Below are positions 9,438-18,220 of a DNA stretch of 64,000 bases, piece by piece (within the stretch, counting starts at the first letter, position 1; each line of letters starts with the position of its first letter). The notes under the pieces were generated by a model. That model made no database searches. It was given only the letters and a program-made list of their open reading frames with translations, and was not told the DNA's origin. Both the position numbers and the translations under genes were made by a program. Source of the DNA: an uncultured Actinomycetes bacterium. GTDB lineage: Bacteria > Actinomycetota > Thermoleophilia > Gaiellales > Gaiellaceae. The DNA lies in contig CAVQVJ010000003.1 of the NCBI GenBank assembly GCA_963717025.1, forward strand, positions 964,969-1,028,968, in the 5' to 3' direction.

Positions 9438-10461
9438 GCCCCTGCTCGACGTTCGTGGGCTGGCGATGCGCTTCCCTCTCCGAAGCGGTCTCGGTCGCCG
9501 GCTCCGCGGCGAGCCACGACTGGAGCTACGTGCCGTCGACGGCGTCGATCTGGAGGTCCAGCAGGGCGAGACGGTGGGGCTGGTGGGGGAGTCGGGATGC
9601 GGCAAGACGACGCTCGGGCGCTGCATCGTCGGGCTCTACGAGCCGACCGCGGGGGAGGTGCGCTTTCGCGGGGAGACCCTTCCGGCGAAGCGAGACCGGC
9701 CGACTCGCCGGCAGATGCAGATGGTCTTCCAGGATCCGTACTCGTCGCTGAACCCGCGCATGACCGTCCGTCAGATGCTGCACGAGCTCTTGACGGTGCA
9801 CCGCGTCGTTCCGAAGGCGCGCGTCGACGACCGCTGCGCCGAGCTGCTCGACCTCGTAGGCCTCAGCCCCCGCTCTCTCGACGCGTACCCGCGCCAGTTC
9901 TCGGGCGGTCAGCGTCAGCGAGTCAGCATCGCTCGAGCGCTCGCCCTCGAGCCTGCGCTCCTCGTTGCCGACGAGCCGGTGTCTGCCCTGGACGTCTCGG
10001 TGCAGGCGACCGTCCTGAACCTGCTCGAGGAGCTGAGGGACAAGCTTGCGCTGAGCATCCTCCTGATCGCCCACAACCTGGCGATCGTCCGGCACACGTG
10101 CGACCGCGTTGCCGTCATGTACCTCGGGCGTATCGTCGAGACCGCGCCGACCGCAGCGCTCTTCTCCGATCCACGGCATCCGTACACGCAAGGGCTGCTG
10201 CGCGCCGTTCCCAGGCTGGCGCCCGGCCGCGCGCGCGCAGCAGTCGCCGTCGTCGGCGATCCGCCGAGCCCGGTCGAGCTCCCGAGCGGTTGCCGCTTCC
10301 ATCCGCGCTGCCCGATAGCGCAGGAGCCGCTCTGCCACGACGTCGACCCCGAGCTCCGTGGCGGCGACGGGCGCGACCATCGCGCAGCGTGTCACTTCGC
10401 CTGGGTCGAGAAACCCGAGAGCCACGTACCCGAGGTCGAACTGGACCAGGAGTCCGCGTGA
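9430..10461 (+). CDS. ABC transporter ATP-binding protein (DppF/OppF-like)
   Basis: GTG at 9430 ([11 protein letters not shown]...) is in frame with track ORF 9355..10461 and overlaps the upstream stop. Has [29 protein letters not shown] and CRFHPRCP. Confidence 0.85.
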   Translation: MTEPLLDVRGLAMRFPLRSGLGRRLRGEPRLELRAVDGVDLEVQQGETVGLVGESGCGKTTLGRCIVGLYEPTAGEVRFRGETLPAKRDRPTRRQMQMVFQDPYSSLNPRMTVRQMLHELLTVHRVVPKARVDDRCAELLDLVGLSPRSLDAYPRQFSGGQRQRVSIARALALEPALLVADEPVSALDVSVQATVLNLLEELRDKLALSILLIAHNLAIVRHTCDRVAVMYLGRIVETAPTAALFSDPRHPYTQGLLRAVPRLAPGRARAAVAVVGDPPSPVELPSGCRFHPRCPIAQEPLCHDVDPELRGGDGRDHRAACHFAWVEKPESHVPEVELDQESA

Positions 10462-10505
10462 TCGAGCGCGGCGTCCTTTGCTTCGAACCGTCCGCCTGAC
10501 GATGC

Positions 10506-10534
10506 TTGACGCGTTTTCGGCCCCCGTTTAGGGT
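10506..10534 (+). promoter_or_regulatory. Candidate sigma70-type promoter for the five-cistron small-membrane-protein operon
   Basis: TTGACG (10506..10511), a 17-nt spacer, then TAGGGT (10529..10534, TANNNT class). It lies in the 157-bp gap after the ABC operon, about 85 nt before the first ORF. Pattern match only. Confidence 0.35.
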
Positions 10535-10618
10535 GGCCTCACCTCGGCGGGCAACGCGAGGGACTGCGATGACACGACTGGCTGAGCCCTCTTCGGCTCC
10601 TCGATCGCTCTGCGGCGC

Positions 10619-10882
10619 ATGCTCGCGCTGATCGCCTCGTCCGGCTGGTGGCAGTTCGGGATAACGCTGGGCGTCGTCGTGATCGCGATCGCCGCGGTGA
10701 TCGTCATCACGATCGTGCTCCTCGCGATGAAGATCGCGAAGCAGGCGAAGGCGGCCGAGGCGGCGGTTGAAGTAGTGAGGCAGCAGACCGCCGAGCTCGA
10801 GGGCATCGGGCGGATCAACGACTCGGGCGTGCGGATCCTCCACTCTGCGCGCGCGCTCAGGAAGGTGGCGGTCGGGAAGTGA
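10619..10882 (+). CDS. Small bitopic membrane protein 1 of 5 (N-terminal TM helix plus helical tail, DUF948-like layout)
   Basis: 87 aa: MLALIASSGWWQFGITLGVVVIAIAAVIVITIVLLAMKIAKQAKAAEAAVEVVRQQTAELEG... High GC3. The stop overlaps the next start (GTGA). Confidence 0.6.
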   Translation: MLALIASSGWWQFGITLGVVVIAIAAVIVITIVLLAMKIAKQAKAAEAAVEVVRQQTAELEGIGRINDSGVRILHSARALRKVAVGK

Positions 10883-11166
10883 CCACGCTCGCGCTGTCCT
10901 TCAACGAGTACTGGGTGATCTCCCTGGCCATCGCCGCCGTCGCGGCGGCGGCCGTCGCGCTCCTGCTCGTCGCGCTCGTGCTGACGGTCCGGCGCATCGA
11001 GCGCTCGGTCGACGGCTTGCTCGAGGTCGCGGGCAAGGTCGGCGCGAACACCGCGAACATCCCGCAGCTCGAGGCGACGGCGCCGGTGCTGGCGCTGATC
11101 GTGGACGAGGCCATCGTCCAGGACGGCTACATGAACGCCCTCACGGACGGGTTCGGTGCGGCGTGA
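10879..11166 (+). CDS. Small bitopic membrane protein 2 of 5
   Basis: 95 aa. TM helix WVISLAIAAVAAAAVALLLVALVL followed by TVRRIERSVDGLLEVAGKV... GTGA overlaps at both ends. Confidence 0.65.
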   Translation: MTTLALSFNEYWVISLAIAAVAAAAVALLLVALVLTVRRIERSVDGLLEVAGKVGANTANIPQLEATAPVLALIVDEAIVQDGYMNALTDGFGAA

Positions 11167-11441
11167 GCGACCTGGACCTCCTCATCCTCCTGAGCGTCGT
11201 GCTGGCGGCGGTCGTCGTGGCCGTCGTCGCCGTCGCGCTGATCGAGGTACGCCGGGGGCTCACGAGGATCTCCGAAGGGCTGGCGACGCTCGGCTCCGCG
11301 CTGCAGGACGTCGAGTCGCAGCACCTGCGGCCACTCGAGCCGGCGGTGACGGCCATCAACGCGCAGTTCGACACCATCCTCGGCGCGTTTCCGGGCATCG
11401 CTCGCAAGGCCGCGATCGTGGCCGAGAGGAGGCCGCAGTGA
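11163..11441 (+). CDS. Small bitopic membrane protein 3 of 5
   Basis: 92 aa. TM helix LLILLSVVLAAVVVAVVAVALI followed by EVRRGLTRISEGLATLGSAL... GTGA overlaps at both ends. Confidence 0.65.
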   Translation: MSDLDLLILLSVVLAAVVVAVVAVALIEVRRGLTRISEGLATLGSALQDVESQHLRPLEPAVTAINAQFDTILGAFPGIARKAAIVAERRPQ

Positions 11442-11713
11442 TCCTCTGGTGGATCGGGAACGTCGTTCTGCTCGCGGTCGTCTTGCCGGTCGTGATCTAC
11501 CTGCTCCGCGGCGTGCTCGACGCCGCCAGGAGCATCGTCCCGAGCGTGCAGCAGATCGCCACCGTGGCTGCCGCAGGGTCGAAGGACCTCGACGCCGCCG
11601 CACTGCTCTTGACGACGCAGGATCAGGTGAAGCAGACGATCGCGGTAGCCGCCGATTACGGCGGCTCTCTGGACGTGATTCTCGACGACGCTCCTCCCGA
11701 GGACGGGCGATGA
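11438..11713 (+). CDS. Small bitopic membrane protein 4 of 5
   Basis: GTG at 11438 is in frame with the track ORF ending at 11713. 91 aa: VILWWIGNVVLLAVVLPVVIYLLRGVLDAARSIVPSVQQIA... The upstream part of track ORF 11156..11713 is an Arg-rich shadow. Confidence 0.6.
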   Translation: MILWWIGNVVLLAVVLPVVIYLLRGVLDAARSIVPSVQQIATVAAAGSKDLDAAALLLTTQDQVKQTIAVAADYGGSLDVILDDAPPEDGR

Positions 11714-12339
11714 ACGCGGCCGGCTTCGTCACGATCCTCGCCGTCGCCCTCATCGTCCTCGCGCTCGTCTACTACCTCGTCTCCGTGATCGTGCAGCTCC
11801 GCAAGATCACCGCCGGCCTCGACGAGGCCATCGTCGGTGTGAGCGGGATCGTGGAGAAGAGCGCGCCGGTCAACGACGTCGTGACGACGATCAACGGGCA
11901 GCTCGACGCGGGCGTCGACCTGCTCGAGGGCCTGTTGGTGAAGAAGGCCGGCCTGGTCGACGCCGTCGGTCTCGTGGACGGCCTCTATCCCGGGGCAGCT
12001 GCCGCCGGGCTCAGGAACTTCCCGGAGAGCGTCACGATCACGACGCCGCGCATCGGCGAGGTCTATACGAAAGGGACACTCACGCTCGCACGGCTCGGTC
12101 GCGAGGCGCCGATCGCCGCCGGGAACCCGGCCGGCCCAGCCCTCCGCGACGTCGAGCGGGGAAGCCTCGCGGCGCGGATGCTGTATCCCGAGATCCGGCA
12201 GTCAAGGCCGGAGTCCCTGCCGAGGTCTCCCGTCATCGGCACCGACGCGCCGGTCCAGTACGAGGAGCGGGAGGACATCGGGAAGCCGCGGAAGCAGATG
12301 CCCGGGCACGTGGCGTCCCCCGATCCGGAAGCGGCCTAG
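11710..12339 (+). CDS. Bitopic membrane protein 5 of 5 (same N-terminal layout, longer C-terminal extension)
   Basis: ATG at 11710 (ATGA overlap) is in frame with the track ORF ending at 12339. 209 aa: MNAAGFVTILAVALIVLALVYYLVSVIVQLRKITAGLDEAIVGVSGIVEKSAPVNDVV... Confidence 0.65.
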   Translation: MNAAGFVTILAVALIVLALVYYLVSVIVQLRKITAGLDEAIVGVSGIVEKSAPVNDVVTTINGQLDAGVDLLEGLLVKKAGLVDAVGLVDGLYPGAAAAGLRNFPESVTITTPRIGEVYTKGTLTLARLGREAPIAAGNPAGPALRDVERGSLAARMLYPEIRQSRPESLPRSPVIGTDAPVQYEEREDIGKPRKQMPGHVASPDPEAA

Positions 12340-12502
12340 ATGGTCGATCGGAAATTCACGCGGGCCGGCTGGCGGCCACGACACGGCGCCGGATCGACAC
12401 TCGCGCGCGTCGCACAGGCGTCCAGCCTGCACGACGCGTACGTGCGACGCCCGGCTTGGTCGTGACCGCCCCCGGCTGCGCGCCAATTTCCGATCGACCA
12501 TC
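12339..12502. repeat. 164-bp imperfect hairpin element bounded by perfect 18-bp inverted repeats
   Basis: GATGGTCGATCGGAAATT (12339..12356) is the exact reverse complement of AATTTCCGATCGACCATC (12485..12502). Imperfect complementarity continues inward (GCGgGCCGGctGGCGGcCACGAC versus the complement GCGcaGCCGGggGGCGGtCACGAC), and there is an inner GCGTCGCAC/GTGCGACGC pair. The element starts at the last base of the preceding stop codon. Confidence 0.8.
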
Positions 12503-12590
12503 CGCTCGCAAGCCTGCGGTGCGAGGCTCCTCTGCATCGGCGCCGAACCTCCTCGAGGCCTTTTCCGTACTCTGAGACGAAAGGAGCCCT

Positions 12591-13469
12591 GTGCAGACCC
12601 CTGCGGCATTCGAATACGAGCGCGCGACCAGTGTGGAGGGCGCGATCGCCGCGCTGCAGCGGCTGGGCTCCGACGCACGCATCATCGCCGGTGGACACAG
12701 CCTCCTCCCGATGATGAAGCTCCGGCTGGCGAAGCCGAAGCACCTGATCGACATCAACGACCTCGCCGAGCTCGCGTACATCGATGAGGAGGGCGACGAG
12801 GTACGCATCGGGGCGCTGACCCGGCACGTGCAGCTGCAGACGTCGGACGTGCTCGCCCGCCACTTTCCGCTGTTTCGCGACGCCGAGGATGTCATCGCCG
12901 ACCCGGTCGTGCGCAACCGCGGAACCATCGGTGGCTCGCTCTGCCAGGCGGATGCGGCGGAGGACCTCGCGGCCGTTTGTGCGGCGGTCAAGGCCAAGGC
13001 TGTTATCCGTGGCGCCGCCGGCGAGCGCGTCGTCTCGATGGAGGACTTTCACGTCGGCCCGTACCAGACGGCGGTAGGCGACGGCGAGATGCTCACCGAG
13101 ATCCGCCTTCCGCTCCGGCCGGGCGGCGGCAGCGCGCACGAGAAGGTCGAGCGCCGGGCCGGAGACTGGGCGATCGCCGCTGCGTCGGCCGCAGTCTGGA
13201 TCGAAGACGGGAAGATCGCCGACGCGGGGCTCGCGCTCAGCGCGGTCGGGCTCACCACCATCCATCTCCCGCGCGCCGAGGAGCTCCTTCGGGGCCAGGC
13301 TCCGTCGGAGGAGCTCTTCGCGCAGGCCGGTGAGGTCGCGTCGGCAGACTGCTCGCCGACTCCGGACGGACGAGGGCCCGTCGACTACAAGCGCCATCTC
13401 GCCGGCGTCCTCACGCAGCGTGCCCTGGGCCGTGCCGCTGCTCGTGCTGTCGGACAGGAGGCCTCATGA
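12591..13469 (+). CDS. coxM: Aerobic CO dehydrogenase medium (FAD-binding) subunit
   Basis: 292 aa. FAD_binding_5 pattern (FEYERATSVEGAIAAL...ARIIAGGHSLLPMMKLRLA), AAAGGAG RBS before a GTG start, first gene of an M-S-L set. Confidence 0.85.
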   Translation: MQTPAAFEYERATSVEGAIAALQRLGSDARIIAGGHSLLPMMKLRLAKPKHLIDINDLAELAYIDEEGDEVRIGALTRHVQLQTSDVLARHFPLFRDAEDVIADPVVRNRGTIGGSLCQADAAEDLAAVCAAVKAKAVIRGAAGERVVSMEDFHVGPYQTAVGDGEMLTEIRLPLRPGGGSAHEKVERRAGDWAIAAASAAVWIEDGKIADAGLALSAVGLTTIHLPRAEELLRGQAPSEELFAQAGEVASADCSPTPDGRGPVDYKRHLAGVLTQRALGRAAARAVGQEAS

Positions 13470-13951
13470 ACGTCTCGATATCGATCAACGGCGAGCAGGT
13501 CGCCCGCGAGATCGAGCCGCGCCAGCTGCTCGTGCACTTCATCCGCGAGACGGACGGCCTCACCGGAACGCACTGGGGCTGCGACACCTCGAACTGCGGC
13601 GCCTGTGTCGTGCTGATGGACGGCGCGCCGGTCAAGTCCTGCACGATCCTCGCCGCCATGTGCGAGGGGCACGAGATCCGCACCGTCGAGTCCCTCGAGG
13701 TCGACGGCCGGCTCGACCCGGTCCAGATGGGCTTCCACGAGCAGCACGCCCTCCAGTGCGGGTTCTGCACGCCGGGGATGCTGATGACCGCGCGCGCCCT
13801 GCTGGACGAGAGCCCGGACCCGAGCGAGCAGGAGATCCGCGTAGCGATCTCGGGCGGAATCTGCCGTTGCACGGGCTACAAGAACATCGTCGGTGCCATC
13901 CGCTGGGCCGCCGAGTACGAAGCCGCCGCTAAACGGGAGGTGCCAGCGTGA
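13466..13951 (+). CDS. coxS: Aerobic CO dehydrogenase small ([2Fe-2S]) subunit
   Basis: 161 aa. Has both 2Fe-2S cysteine clusters (GCDTSNCGACVV and QCGFCTPG...CRCTGY). ATGA overlap with coxM. Confidence 0.9.
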   Translation: MNVSISINGEQVAREIEPRQLLVHFIRETDGLTGTHWGCDTSNCGACVVLMDGAPVKSCTILAAMCEGHEIRTVESLEVDGRLDPVQMGFHEQHALQCGFCTPGMLMTARALLDESPDPSEQEIRVAISGGICRCTGYKNIVGAIRWAAEYEAAAKREVPA

Positions 13952-16332
13952 CCGTCGTCGAGAACCTTCCGAGCCAGAAGACCGAGCGCCCCATCGGCTT
14001 CGGCCGCCTGAAGCGCAAGGAGGACGCGCGCTTCATCCGCGGCCAGGGGCGCTACCTCGACGACATCCGGCTGCCGGGGATGGTGCACGGCGCGATGTTG
14101 CGCAGCCCGTATGCGCACGCGCGCATCGTCTCGATCGACACGTCGCGGGCGCTCGCGCACCCGAATGTCGCCGCGGTCATCACCGCCAAGGACCTGGAGA
14201 CACTCGGGCTCGCGTGGATGCCGACGATCTCCTACGACACGCAGGCCGTGCTCGCGGGCGACAAGGTCCGCTTCCAGGGGCAGGAGGTCGCGTTCGTGAT
14301 CGCTACCGACGAGTACTCCGCGAACGACGCGCTCGAGCTGATCGACGTCGAGTACGAGCCGCTGCCCGCGATCGTCAACGCCCGCAAGGCGCTCGACCCC
14401 GACGCGCCGCTGATCCGTGACGACAAGGCCGGGCAGCGAGACAACCTCGCGAGCCCGACCTGGGAGGCGGGAGACGAGGGGGCGACGAACCGCGCGTTCG
14501 CCGAGGCCGACACCGTCGTGACGCGGGACATCATCTATCCCCGCTGCCATCCGGCACCGCTCGAGACCTGCGGGATGATCGCCGACTTCAACCCGGAGAC
14601 CGGCCAGCTCGACATCTACAACGGCAACCAGGCGCCGCACGCCCATCGCACGGTCTACGCGCACGTCGCCGGGCTCGCGGAGCACATGATCCGGGTCATC
14701 ACCTCCGACATCGGAGGCGGGTTCGGCAACAAGGTGCCCGTGTACCCGGGCTACGTGTGTGCGATCGCCGGCTCGATCGTGGCCGGCGTCCCGGTGAAGT
14801 GGGTCGAGAACCGCACCGAGAACCTCGTGTCGACCGGGTTCGCGCGCGACTACGTCATGCACGCCGAGATGTGCTCGAAGGACGGCAAGATCACCGGCCT
14901 CAAGGTCGACGTCATCGCCGACCACGGCGCCTTCGACTCGACCGCGCAGCCGACGAAATTCCCGGCCGGCTTCTTCCACATCGTCTGCGGTTCCTACGAC
15001 CTCCAGGCCTCCCACGTGAAGGTCAAGGCGGTCTACACGAACAAGGCGCCGGGAGGCGTCGCCTACCGCTGCTCGTTCCGCATCACGGAGGCCGTCTACC
15101 TCGTCGAGCGGATGGTCGATGCGCTCGCGCTCGAGATGAAGGTCGACCCGATCGAGCTGCGGATGCGGAGCTTCATCGCGCCCGAGCAGTTCCCGTACGA
15201 GACGACCACCGGCTGGACGTACGACTCCGGCAACTACGCGGAGACGATGCGCGTCGCGATGGATATCGCCGGCTACGAAGACCTGCGCCGCGAGCAGGAG
15301 GAGAAGCGTGCCCGCGGCGAGCTGATGGGCATCGGCGTGTCCTTCTTCACCGAGGGCGTCGGCGCCGGGCCACGCAAGCACATGGACATCCTCGGGCTGG
15401 CCATGAACGACGGCGCCGACCTGCGCGTGCACCCGTCGGGCAAGGCGGTGGTCTCGATCAGCGCCCAGACGCAGGGGCAGGGCCACGAGACGACGTTCGC
15501 GCAGATCGTCGCCGAGGAGCTCGGCATCCCACCCGAGGACGTCGAGGTCCGCCACGGCGACACCGACCGCTCTCCGTACGGGCTCGGCACCTACGGCAGC
15601 CGCTCGACGCCGGTCTCCGGAGCGGCCGTTGCGGTCGTCTCGCGCAAGGTGCGCGACAAGGCGCGGCTGATCGCGTCCACGATGCTCGAGGCGAGCCCGG
15701 ACGACCTCGCGTGGGAGAAGGGCCGCTGGTACGTGAAGGGCGACCCCGAGAAGGGCGCGCTGATCGAGGACATCGCGGTCCGTGCGTACAGCGGCGAGCC
15801 GATGCCGGAAGGGATGGAGGGCGGGCTCGACGCGCAGGTCATCTACGACCCGCCGAACCTCACGTACCCCTACGGCGCGTACATCGCGGTCGTCGACATC
15901 GACCCGGACACCGCCGAGGTCAAGGTCAGGCGCTTCATCGCGGTGGACGACTGCGGCGTGCGCATCAACCCGATGGTCGTCGACGGCCAGATCCACGGCG
16001 GCCTCGCCGAGGGCATCGGCATCGCGCTGATGGAGGTCCTCACGTTCGACGAGGAGGGCAACTGCCTCAACTCGTCGTTCGCGGATTACCTGATCCCGAC
16101 CGCGCTCGAATGCCCCGACTTCGAGCTCGGCGAGACCGTCACGCCGTGCCCGCACCACCCGCTCGGGGCGAAGGGCGTCGGCGAGTCGCCGAACGTCGGC
16201 TCGCCGCCCGCGATCGTGAACGCGGTCATCGACGCCCTGCACTCCTCCCATGGCGTCGACCACATCGACATGCCCTGCACCCCGGCCCGCGTCTGGGCTG
16301 CGATGCAGGGACGACCCGAGCCTCCGCAATGA
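13948..16332 (+). CDS. coxL: Aerobic CO dehydrogenase large (molybdopterin, Mo-Cu) subunit, form I
   Basis: 794 aa xanthine-dehydrogenase-family large subunit. It carries the form I active-site loop VAYRCSFR (within NKAPGGVAYRCSFRITEAV). M-S-L gene order. Confidence 0.85.
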   Translation: MTVVENLPSQKTERPIGFGRLKRKEDARFIRGQGRYLDDIRLPGMVHGAMLRSPYAHARIVSIDTSRALAHPNVAAVITAKDLETLGLAWMPTISYDTQAVLAGDKVRFQGQEVAFVIATDEYSANDALELIDVEYEPLPAIVNARKALDPDAPLIRDDKAGQRDNLASPTWEAGDEGATNRAFAEADTVVTRDIIYPRCHPAPLETCGMIADFNPETGQLDIYNGNQAPHAHRTVYAHVAGLAEHMIRVITSDIGGGFGNKVPVYPGYVCAIAGSIVAGVPVKWVENRTENLVSTGFARDYVMHAEMCSKDGKITGLKVDVIADHGAFDSTAQPTKFPAGFFHIVCGSYDLQASHVKVKAVYTNKAPGGVAYRCSFRITEAVYLVERMVDALALEMKVDPIELRMRSFIAPEQFPYETTTGWTYDSGNYAETMRVAMDIAGYEDLRREQEEKRARGELMGIGVSFFTEGVGAGPRKHMDILGLAMNDGADLRVHPSGKAVVSISAQTQGQGHETTFAQIVAEELGIPPEDVEVRHGDTDRSPYGLGTYGSRSTPVSGAAVAVVSRKVRDKARLIASTMLEASPDDLAWEKGRWYVKGDPEKGALIEDIAVRAYSGEPMPEGMEGGLDAQVIYDPPNLTYPYGAYIAVVDIDPDTAEVKVRRFIAVDDCGVRINPMVVDGQIHGGLAEGIGIALMEVLTFDEEGNCLNSSFADYLIPTALECPDFELGETVTPCPHHPLGAKGVGESPNVGSPPAIVNAVIDALHSSHGVDHIDMPCTPARVWAAMQGRPEPPQ

Positions 16333-17300
16333 CGTTCGGCGCCGTGTCTCCGCGAGCACAGGAGCTCGCCGCAGAGGGCACGGCGTTCGTGGTCGCGACG
16401 GTCGTGCGCGCGCAGCGCCCGACGAGCGTGAAGGCGGGTGATGTCGCGCTCGTTCTCGCCGACGGCACGATCGAGGGTTTCGTCGGCGGCGTGTGCACGC
16501 AGGCGAGCGTCCGTGCCTACTCGCTGAAGGCGTTCGAGACCGGGGAGGCGCTGCTCCTGCGAGTTCTCCCCGAAGGCTCGGTGGGCGAGCGGGACGGAAT
16601 CGGTGTCGAGGCCGCGAACGAGGAGGGAGCCGTGACGGTCCAGAACACGTGCCTGTCGGGCGGCGGGATCGAGGTCTTCCTCGAGCCGGTGGTCCCGGCG
16701 CCGCGCGTCCTCGTCGTCGGCGACACGCCGATCGCGACCGCGGTCCGGTCGCTCGGCCCGGGGCTCGGGCTCGACCTCGTCGTCGTCGAGGCGGGGGCTC
16801 CCGAGCCCGCTTCCGGCGACCTCGCGCTCGTCGTCGCCTCGCACGGGCGCGACGAGCTGCACGTTCTCCGCCGCGCCCTCGAGGCGGGCGTTCCGTATGT
16901 CGGCCTCGTCGCCAGCCGCAAGCGCGGCGCCGGCGTGCTCGCGGACCTGCGTGCCGACGGGGTTCCGGAGGAGCAGCTCGGGCTGATCGACGTGCCCGCC
17001 GGCATCGACGTCGGAGCCCAGACCCCCGCAGAGATCGCGCTCTCGATCCTCGCGACCGTGGTCGCCGTGCGTCGCGGGAAGCACGCCGTCGCGTCGGCCG
17101 AACGCGCAGACGTCCCCGTGCTCGCGAGCGTGCCGAGCCCCGCTCCGTCCGCTCCGCTGGCGATCGACCCGATCTGCGGGATGACGGTCGCCGCCGTCGC
17201 GAGCACGCCCTCGGTCGTGCACGAGGGCGAGACGGTCTACTTCTGCTGCGACGGATGCCGGGCCGCGTTCGAGGCGCGGCACTCCGCGCAGGCCCTATGA
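16329..17300 (+). CDS. XdhC/CoxF/CoxI-family maturation protein fused to a C-terminal YHS/TRASH-type metal-binding domain
   Basis: ATG 16329 (ATGA overlap with coxL) is in frame with the track ORF ending at 17300. XdhC N-terminal pattern (VVATVVRAQRPTSVKAGDVALVLADGTIEGFVGGVC), Rossmann part (RVLVVGDTPIA..), then DPICGMTV....GETVYFCCDGCRAAFE at the C-terminus. Confidence 0.75.
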   Translation: MTFGAVSPRAQELAAEGTAFVVATVVRAQRPTSVKAGDVALVLADGTIEGFVGGVCTQASVRAYSLKAFETGEALLLRVLPEGSVGERDGIGVEAANEEGAVTVQNTCLSGGGIEVFLEPVVPAPRVLVVGDTPIATAVRSLGPGLGLDLVVVEAGAPEPASGDLALVVASHGRDELHVLRRALEAGVPYVGLVASRKRGAGVLADLRADGVPEEQLGLIDVPAGIDVGAQTPAEIALSILATVVAVRRGKHAVASAERADVPVLASVPSPAPSAPLAIDPICGMTVAAVASTPSVVHEGETVYFCCDGCRAAFEARHSAQAL

Positions 17301-18220
17301 GCCCCGGCGGGGCCACGGGCGACGCCGCCGACGAGGTCCGCGCTCTCGTACCCGACATCGAGACGCTCGCTCTGTGCCTCGCCGACGTCGACTACCTCGT
17401 CGACGAGGGCCTGGCGACCTCGATGTTCCTCAGCCTGCGCCTCCCGCAGCCGCTGCTGCTCGAGGGCGAGGCGGGCGTCGGCAAGACCGAGGCCGCGAAG
17501 TCGCTGGCGCTCGTCCTCGACACCCCGCTCGTTCGCCTGCAGTGCTACGAGGGCATCGACGCAGCGGAAGCGCTGTACGAGTGGAACTACCCCCGACAGC
17601 TCCTCAGCATCCGGCTCGCCGACTCCCGTGACTCGCCTCTCGAGGAGGAGCAGCTCTTCGGCCCCGAGTACCTGATCCGGCGCCCGCTCCTGCGCGCGCT
17701 CGAGCACCCGGGCCCGCGGCCCGCAGTGCTCCTGATCGACGAGATCGACCGTGCCGACGACGACTTCGAGGCGTTCCTGCTCGAGCTGCTCGCGGACGCC
17801 AGCGTGACGATCCCGGAGATCGGCACCGTGCGCGCGACGCATCCGCCCGCCATCGTCCTGACCTCCAACCGGACACGCGACCTGCACGATGCCGTCAAGC
17901 GCCGCTGCCTCTATCACCGGATCGAGTATCCGACCCCCGAGCGGGAGGTGGAGATCGTGCGCCGGCGCGTGAAGGGCTCGTCGGAGACGCTGGCCGTCCA
18001 GGTCGCGAACGCGGTCGCGCGCATGCGCGAGAGCGACGTGCAGAAGCCGCCGGGGATCGCCGAGTCGATCGACTGGCTGGCCGCGCTGAACCTCCTCGGC
18101 GTCGAGCGCCTGGACGTCGCGACGGTGGACCGGACGCTCGGGTCGGTGCTGAAGTACTCGGACGACCAGGAGGTGATCCGCGCGGCCGGCCTCGAGCAGC
18201 TCGTGCACGGCGGTGACTGA
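17297..18220 (+). CDS. coxD: MoxR-type AAA+ ATPase (CoxD-like)
   Basis: ATG 17297 (ATGA overlap). LLLEGEAGVGKTEAAKSLA Walker A, LLIDEIDRA Walker B, RCLYHRIEYP sensor region. It sits directly before a VWA protein, as in cox clusters. Confidence 0.8.
   Translation: MSPGGATGDAADEVRALVPDIETLALCLADVDYLVDEGLATSMFLSLRLPQPLLLEGEAGVGKTEAAKSLALVLDTPLVRLQCYEGIDAAEALYEWNYPRQLLSIRLADSRDSPLEEEQLFGPEYLIRRPLLRALEHPGPRPAVLLIDEIDRADDDFEAFLLELLADASVTIPEIGTVRATHPPAIVLTSNRTRDLHDAVKRRCLYHRIEYPTPEREVEIVRRRVKGSSETLAVQVANAVARMRESDVQKPPGIAESIDWLAALNLLGVERLDVATVDRTLGSVLKYSDDQEVIRAAGLEQLVHGGD

Noticed and set aside
13876-17358. 1160-aa minus-strand ORF, the longest ORF in the track
   Set aside because: It lies antisense to coxL, the XdhC-like gene and coxD, all of which have clear family motifs. 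Its product is a monotonous Arg/Pro/Ala/Gly string, typical of open antisense frames in about 70% GC DNA.
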